NCBI GenBank assembly: GCA_965243395.1
Contig: CBDEUS010000001.1
Location: 864,001 to 928,000 of the forward strand
Source: Gammaproteobacteria bacterium
Lineage (GTDB): Bacteria; Pseudomonadota; Gammaproteobacteria; UBA4575
DNA: 64,000 nucleotides
Direction of reading: 5' to 3'
Position 1 is the stretch's first letter. Each line of letters opens with the position of its first letter. Below are positions 58,869-64,000 of this stretch, piece by piece. The notes under the pieces are model-generated. The model had not been told where the DNA came from. It made no database searches and saw only the letters and a list, made by a program, of their open reading frames with translations. Position numbers and translations under genes: made by a program.

Positions 58869-59761
58869 TGGCTAAAGACAGCAGAGACGTAACCATAATG
58901 TTCGTAGATATAGCGGGCAGTACCCGTTTGTATCAGGAATATGGTGATACGCTGGCACAAGATAGTATTGCGCGCTGTTTAATTCGAATGTCAGAAATAA
59001 TTAAGCGTCATAAAGGTACTGTCGTTAAATTCATCGGTGATGAAATACTCTGTTATCTATCAGATCCCGAACTTGCCTTTCAGGCTGCATTTAAACTACA
59101 AGAAACTGCAAAAGAAACCGTTGACCCTAATGGCGTAAGTCTAGAATTACGAATTGGCATGCATTATGGCTCTGCTATTGTTGAGCCGACGGATATGTAT
59201 GGCGATTCAGTGAATGTAACCGCTGCAATGCGTGATATAGCAAAGGGAGGGCAAATTATTGCTACTGATGCAATGGTGGAACATATTCCACCTGAAATTG
59301 CTCATTTTACACGTCGTTATGATACTTCACGCATCAAAGGACGACAGGAACAAACTGTGATTTACGAAGTAATGTGGGAAGGAGAGGCTTCTACACAAAT
59401 TCTTTCTGGAACCACAACTTTGGAAAACATGAAGTCGACTAAGTTGCAGTTATCCTTTGAAGATACGGAAATTGCACTACTCGCTAATATGCCTGCTTTA
59501 ACAATTGGCCGCGATTTAAATAGCGGAATTGTCGTCGAAGGAACATTAGTTTCAAGGCAACATGCGATTATTGAATATCGTCGTGGAAAATTCTTGATTC
59601 GTGATCAAAGCACTAATGGTACATACGTTCTCACTGAAGACGGGCGTAGTATTTATTTACGTCGTGAAGAATTTCCATTATGGGGTGAAGGTAAGATTAG
59701 TCTTGGGAAAACCATTCTCAATGATAGTGATGAAGACCTCATCCATTTTAATACTCTTTAA
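58868..59761 (+). CDS. Class III adenylate/guanylate cyclase domain plus FHA domain
   Basis: FVDIAGST, KFIGD, GDSVN; FHA motifs IGR, VSRQHA, STNGT. Confidence 0.88.
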   Translation: MAKDSRDVTIMFVDIAGSTRLYQEYGDTLAQDSIARCLIRMSEIIKRHKGTVVKFIGDEILCYLSDPELAFQAAFKLQETAKETVDPNGVSLELRIGMHYGSAIVEPTDMYGDSVNVTAAMRDIAKGGQIIATDAMVEHIPPEIAHFTRRYDTSRIKGRQEQTVIYEVMWEGEASTQILSGTTTLENMKSTKLQLSFEDTEIALLANMPALTIGRDLNSGIVVEGTLVSRQHAIIEYRRGKFLIRDQSTNGTYVLTEDGRSIYLRREEFPLWGEGKISLGKTILNDSDEDLIHFNTL

Positions 59762-59849
59762 TTAATTTCAACCTCCAATTCAATATAGAGCCTATTTCAA
59801 CTGAAATGGGTACAATCAGCTGATTGAGTTCATCTGATATTATAATTTA

Positions 59850-61256
59850 ATGAAAATACGTACCCGTTTTGCTCCTAGTCCCACAGGATATTTGCATATT
59901 GGAGGTGCACGAACAGCGCTCTTCAATTGGCTATATGCAAAAAAACACCAAGGCGAATACGTATTGCGTATTGAAGATACTGATAAACAACGTTCTAAAG
60001 ATGAATTCACTAAGGATATTTTAGAAAGTTTAGCGTGGCTTGGAATCCATTCAGACATTGAACCTGTATATCAATCTAAGCGTTCAGAAAAATACTCAGC
60101 AATAATTCAACAATTGCTTGATGAAGATAAAGCATACTACTGTTATTGCTCAAAGGAACGATTAGACTCGTTACGAGAGGAACAATTAAAAAACAAACAG
60201 AAACCTCGCTACGATGGGACTTGCCGAAATTTAAAGTCTCCACCTGATTCATCAATTAAACCAGTTGTACGTTTAAAGAACCCTGAACAAGGAAGTATAA
60301 CTATCCATGATGAAATACGCGGTAAAGTAATTGTCCAAAATTCTGAACTAGATGATTTAATTCTTGCACGATCGGATGGTTCAGCAACCTACCATTTAAC
60401 TGTAGTCGTAGATGATATTGATCTAAATATCACTCATATAATTCGAGGCGATGATCATTTAAACAACACATTTAGACAACATAATCTATTTTTAGCCTTA
60501 AACAAGCAGGCTCCTGTATATGCTCATATACCCCTAATTCATGGAATCGATGGTAAACGACTTTCAAAGAGGCATGGGGCTGTTTCAGTGAATCAATATC
60601 GCAAACAAGGATTTTTACCAGGCGGCTTATTAAATTATTTAGTAAGGCTAGGGTGGTCGCATGGAGATCAAGAAATTTTTACAACTGATGAGATGACTGA
60701 ATATTTCAATTTACATGCAATCCAACAGTCACCTGCAACTTTTGACATAGAAAAACTACTTTGGGTAAATCAACAACATATTAAAAATATTTCTGGCAAC
60801 GAAATAAGTGCTACTTTAGCAGAGTATTTTGATGAATCAGGAATAAAAACAGATGGACAACCCAACTTGGCGAAATTGTATGATGCACTAAAAGATCGTA
60901 GCAAGACCTTACTGGAAATTTGTGAAACAAGTGAATTTATATATAAAGATGTGTCTGAATATGATCCTAAATCTGTTAAAAAATTTTTCACGCCAAAAAG
61001 TACTGAAATATTAAATATATTAAGAAAGAAATTTACTGCAATTAATGAGTGGATAGCCAAAAATATCCATACTGAAATTAAGTTAACTGCTGATGAGCTG
61101 AATTTAAAGATGGGAAAAGTAGCTCCACCGTTGAGGTTAGCCGTTACTGGTGGGGCTAATTCGCCATCAATAGACGTAACACTTGAGCTATTAGGAAAGA
61201 AAAAAACCCTGTCACGAATTGATCAAGCAATTGAATATATTGCTACTTCAGGTTAG
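59850..61256 (+). CDS. gltX: Glutamate--tRNA ligase
   Basis: RFAPSPTG.LHIG, LRIEDTD, RLSKRHG. Confidence 0.97.
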   Translation: MKIRTRFAPSPTGYLHIGGARTALFNWLYAKKHQGEYVLRIEDTDKQRSKDEFTKDILESLAWLGIHSDIEPVYQSKRSEKYSAIIQQLLDEDKAYYCYCSKERLDSLREEQLKNKQKPRYDGTCRNLKSPPDSSIKPVVRLKNPEQGSITIHDEIRGKVIVQNSELDDLILARSDGSATYHLTVVVDDIDLNITHIIRGDDHLNNTFRQHNLFLALNKQAPVYAHIPLIHGIDGKRLSKRHGAVSVNQYRKQGFLPGGLLNYLVRLGWSHGDQEIFTTDEMTEYFNLHAIQQSPATFDIEKLLWVNQQHIKNISGNEISATLAEYFDESGIKTDGQPNLAKLYDALKDRSKTLLEICETSEFIYKDVSEYDPKSVKKFFTPKSTEILNILRKKFTAINEWIAKNIHTEIKLTADELNLKMGKVAPPLRLAVTGGANSPSIDVTLELLGKKKTLSRIDQAIEYIATSG

Positions 61257-61287
61257 ATTGAGAAAATTAGACTCGTGAGAATAGATA

Positions 61288-61363
<76 letters not shown>

Positions 61364-61393
61364 AACTAATTGTGTATTGGACACTAATAACTA

Positions 61394-61621
61394 ATGCCTG
61401 CGAAACCCATCATAAATGATCGCCGCAATAAAGTAGAAAGACGCAGTATAGGTACAGCTGCACAATTTCCTATTATTACTACACAAGGTATGTGTATTCG
61501 AAAAGATCGTCGTATTACTCCAGAACGAAGAATTTCAAATATAGTCGTAAAAGAATGGAGTATTAAAAACTCAATTTTTGAAGTTTTATTTGGAGAGAAA
61601 GAAAAAGACAAAGCCAAGTAA
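61394..61621 (+). CDS. Small protein with repeated DRRxxxERR motifs
   Basis: DRRNKVERR and DRRITPERR. Confidence 0.55.
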   Translation: MPAKPIINDRRNKVERRSIGTAAQFPIITTQGMCIRKDRRITPERRISNIVVKEWSIKNSIFEVLFGEKEKDKAK

Positions 61622-61649
61622 ATTAGTTACTTGCTTAATTGAATAAATG

Positions 61650-62390
61650 CTAAATACTTAATTGTCCTTGATGCGCAACTTTTATCGTGTCTTCACCAAT
61701 TTTTTGACCAATTAATTCAACTGTCTGCAATACATTATCAGGTGTGCGAGAGTTTCTTGAGAAGGTTAAATCTGCATTATAAAAACCACTATTAGCAATA
61801 GTTATTACACCATTCAAATCTAGTTCGCCATTTTGGTTAATTAACGATATTTGAATTCCATCTCCTTGTTGAGTAAAAACGCTATTCACATCTCCTAAAT
61901 TTAGAGGAATGAAACCCAATATGCTCGTATTAAAAGTATTTAATATGCCATTGGCATTATTTGGGAAACCATTTTTAATATGTAAATTTTCAAATTTTGC
62001 ATCAAACTGTCCGCTGATAGTTAATCCAAGTTTTTCAAAGTACGGACTTAATAGAGATAACTCACCATTGAGGTCAATATCTTCAGTAATTACTTCAGAG
62101 CTTGCAACTGTAGTTTCAAAATTACCTTTTAAATTACTTGAATTGATAGAAACATCCGCATTTACTTTGCCAACCAACAAACTAAGTGGGTTAGCTGTCC
62201 ATTTAGTATTTTGTAGACCGATTTTATCTATAACTATATTTTGTACATTTCCTTTCAACAAAGTACCACTCATACCAGCGGTTGAGATGTTGTTTGGTAA
62301 GTATTTTTCAATTATTGAAGCAGGAGCAAAGTAGGCGATTGCGCCGATAAAAATAACCAAGCCTAATAAAAATTTAATTGCAACTTTCAT
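61650..62390 (-). CDS. gspN: Type II secretion system protein N
   Basis: N-terminal TM, APAS, SGTLLKG; follows gspL-gspM. Confidence 0.8.
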   Translation of the reverse strand: MKVAIKFLLGLVIFIGAIAYFAPASIIEKYLPNNISTAGMSGTLLKGNVQNIVIDKIGLQNTKWTANPLSLLVGKVNADVSINSSNLKGNFETTVASSEVITEDIDLNGELSLLSPYFEKLGLTISGQFDAKFENLHIKNGFPNNANGILNTFNTSILGFIPLNLGDVNSVFTQQGDGIQISLINQNGELDLNGVITIANSGFYNADLTFSRNSRTPDNVLQTVELIGQKIGEDTIKVAHQGQLSI

Positions 62391-62412
62391 AACTACCTAA
62401 TGAAAAAATAAT

Positions 62413-62898
62413 TTACTTTGTTAATGTAACTTTACCGCTAACTTTACCTATCTGCTCGGAGCGTTCAAAAGATGCGTCTGCTACATTGATGTTATTTCGA
62501 CGATCGAGCTCACCAAGTAGCACAATCAAATAATCAAATGCAATATCTTCCACCCAAAGCTGCACACTATCATCACCTTTTGGCTCAATTCTTGTTATTG
62601 CTGGACGAATTCCCATTTGTTTTGCGCCTGTATCGACTACTGCTAATAAAGAACGGCTATCATTGCTTCGATTAAACAAATTAGGATTAATACGCTTTAG
62701 GTGTTCGACTTCTTGCTTTTTTTGCAACATCCAAACTACTGTGTCGCGCTTTGCTTCAACTCTATTTTGTTTATTATCTCTACTTGATGAAACAGGAGAC
62801 CAAATTGCGAAATATAAAATAGCAATTCCAACCAATGCGGACGCGGCAAGCACCATATAGCGTTCGCGTGTTTGTAATGTTTCCCACCAATCTTTCAT
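62413..62898 (-). CDS. gspM: Type II secretion system protein M
   Basis: WWETLQTRER, a TM segment, VQLWVEDIAFD. Confidence 0.88.
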   Translation of the reverse strand: MKDWWETLQTRERYMVLAASALVGIAILYFAIWSPVSSSRDNKQNRVEAKRDTVVWMLQKKQEVEHLKRINPNLFNRSNDSRSLLAVVDTGAKQMGIRPAITRIEPKGDDSVQLWVEDIAFDYLIVLLGELDRRNNINVADASFERSEQIGKVSGKVTLTK

Positions 62899-64000
62899 TT
62901 GAGTTCTCCTTTAACGACTACTAGCTTGGCTTCTACAGAACTCCCTTGTGTATTAGCTGATTGAATATCAGCAGTGTAGTTTTTGCTTTTTAATGACTGC
63001 TTAACAGCGTCTAATACTTGCACATCGGAAGATCTAACATTCAAGTTTAATTTCCCTTCTCGAAAATTGAGCGCATTGATATCAAATTCTCCGGCTTGTT
63101 TCATCGACTCACCACTCATAGCCAATAACTCCATAAAACCAGCTTGAGACTGTGAATTTGCAGTATCCAAAAAGTTTCTCAGTCTGGCTTCCATTTTTGT
63201 ACGTGCACTATCAGCAGTTATATTTTGCATATCTGGAAAAGTTTGTCTGGTAATCTGCACAATTTGTGCATCTAATTTTTTCTCTTGTTTGCTGAGTCGA
63301 GCATGGTCAAGGAAAACATAAATAAACGACAATGCTAACCATGCGCCAAACAGCATTGCAGCAACTTTCCAAGCTCCAAATTGGCGATGTTTTTTGTCCT
63401 TTTTCTTATAGCTTGTTTGTAAAAGATTGATGCAAGCATCTTCATCTAAACCGTCTGCAAATAATCCAGGCGGGCAATCATCTAATTCATTTGTATTAAC
63501 GGGTAAATTAAGCTTTTTAACACCAACTTGTTGATCATCGCAGCAATAAACATTGAGTTCAGCTGGCGTGACTTCCGCTTGCCTTAGCGAAGACGTAAGC
63601 ATTTGTTGTAAATTGTGCAAATCTATTGTGAAACCTTGATAATTGTCTGTACGCACTAATGCACGCTCATTTTCAATTAGTAGGGTCCAAGTACCTTCTC
63701 TGAAAGGCAGTCCAAAAACGTCAGCAGTTATTAAGTATGGATATATTCCAACATTATCAAGCTCGTCAATAATTCTATCTAAAATATGTTTTTCTATAAC
63801 TGCTACTGGAAAATCATCTTCTCCATAACGGGCGCCAAGCGCAAAGTGAAGATTCTCTACATCGTCTGCCAGTTCTTCTTCAAGAGCAAAAGGTACCGCT
63901 TTTTGTAAATGCTTTTGTTTTCTTGCTCTTGTATTTACGCTTGTAAGCAACATTTGCTCAAGTGGCAATAAGATAACTACATTAGTATTTTGTGTGACCG
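62895..64000 (-). CDS. gspL: Type II secretion system protein L (5' end beyond the window)
   Basis: AVPFALEEELADDVENLHFA, INLLQ..Y, a TM segment; upstream of gspM. Confidence 0.88.
   Translation of the reverse strand, partial: VTQNTNVVILLPLEQMLLTSVNTRARKQKHLQKAVPFALEEELADDVENLHFALGARYGEDDFPVAVIEKHILDRIIDELDNVGIYPYLITADVFGLPFREGTWTLLIENERALVRTDNYQGFTIDLHNLQQMLTSSLRQAEVTPAELNVYCCDDQQVGVKKLNLPVNTNELDDCPPGLFADGLDEDACINLLQTSYKKKDKKHRQFGAWKVAAMLFGAWLALSFIYVFLDHARLSKQEKKLDAQIVQITRQTFPDMQNITADSARTKMEARLRNFLDTANSQSQAGFMELLAMSGESMKQAGEFDINALNFREGKLNLNVRSSDVQVLDAVKQSLKSKNYTADIQSANTQGSSVEAKLVVVKGELK

Overview
Low-GC gammaproteobacterial chromosome window with two halves. The right half (41.9-64 kb) is core genome: purL, glyA-nrdR-ribD-(proteasome-like Ntn hydrolase)-ribE-ribH-nusB-thiL-pgpA, a HEAT-kinase/PilT/PilT/aspartyl protease/cyclase-FHA operon, gltX, tRNA-Ala(GGC) and gspN-M-L. 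The left half lies downstream of a minus-strand tmRNA gene (41432-41787) and is accessory. The tmRNA 3' end is re-duplicated at about 9.0, 23.2 and 23.4 kb with homologous arm-like flanks, which defines tandem islands that carry no integrase gene. Inside them, about 25-30 copies of a 28-bp imperfect palindrome (consensus ATGWCYGCTAW-YGRYCS-AAAGCRGACAT, 11-6-11 geometry like a tyrosine-recombinase core site) separate mostly single, co-oriented, unrelated genes. This looks like an integron-like gene-cassette array that does not use attC, and it is the main candidate novel system. A second ~55-bp repeat occurs five times and is linked to a subset of these sites. The far left holds a sulfur/redox cluster (YeeE, NPCG-repeat peptide, rhodanese, YtkA-cytochrome c peroxidase fusion). 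All calls were made by reading the sequence; no database searches were run.
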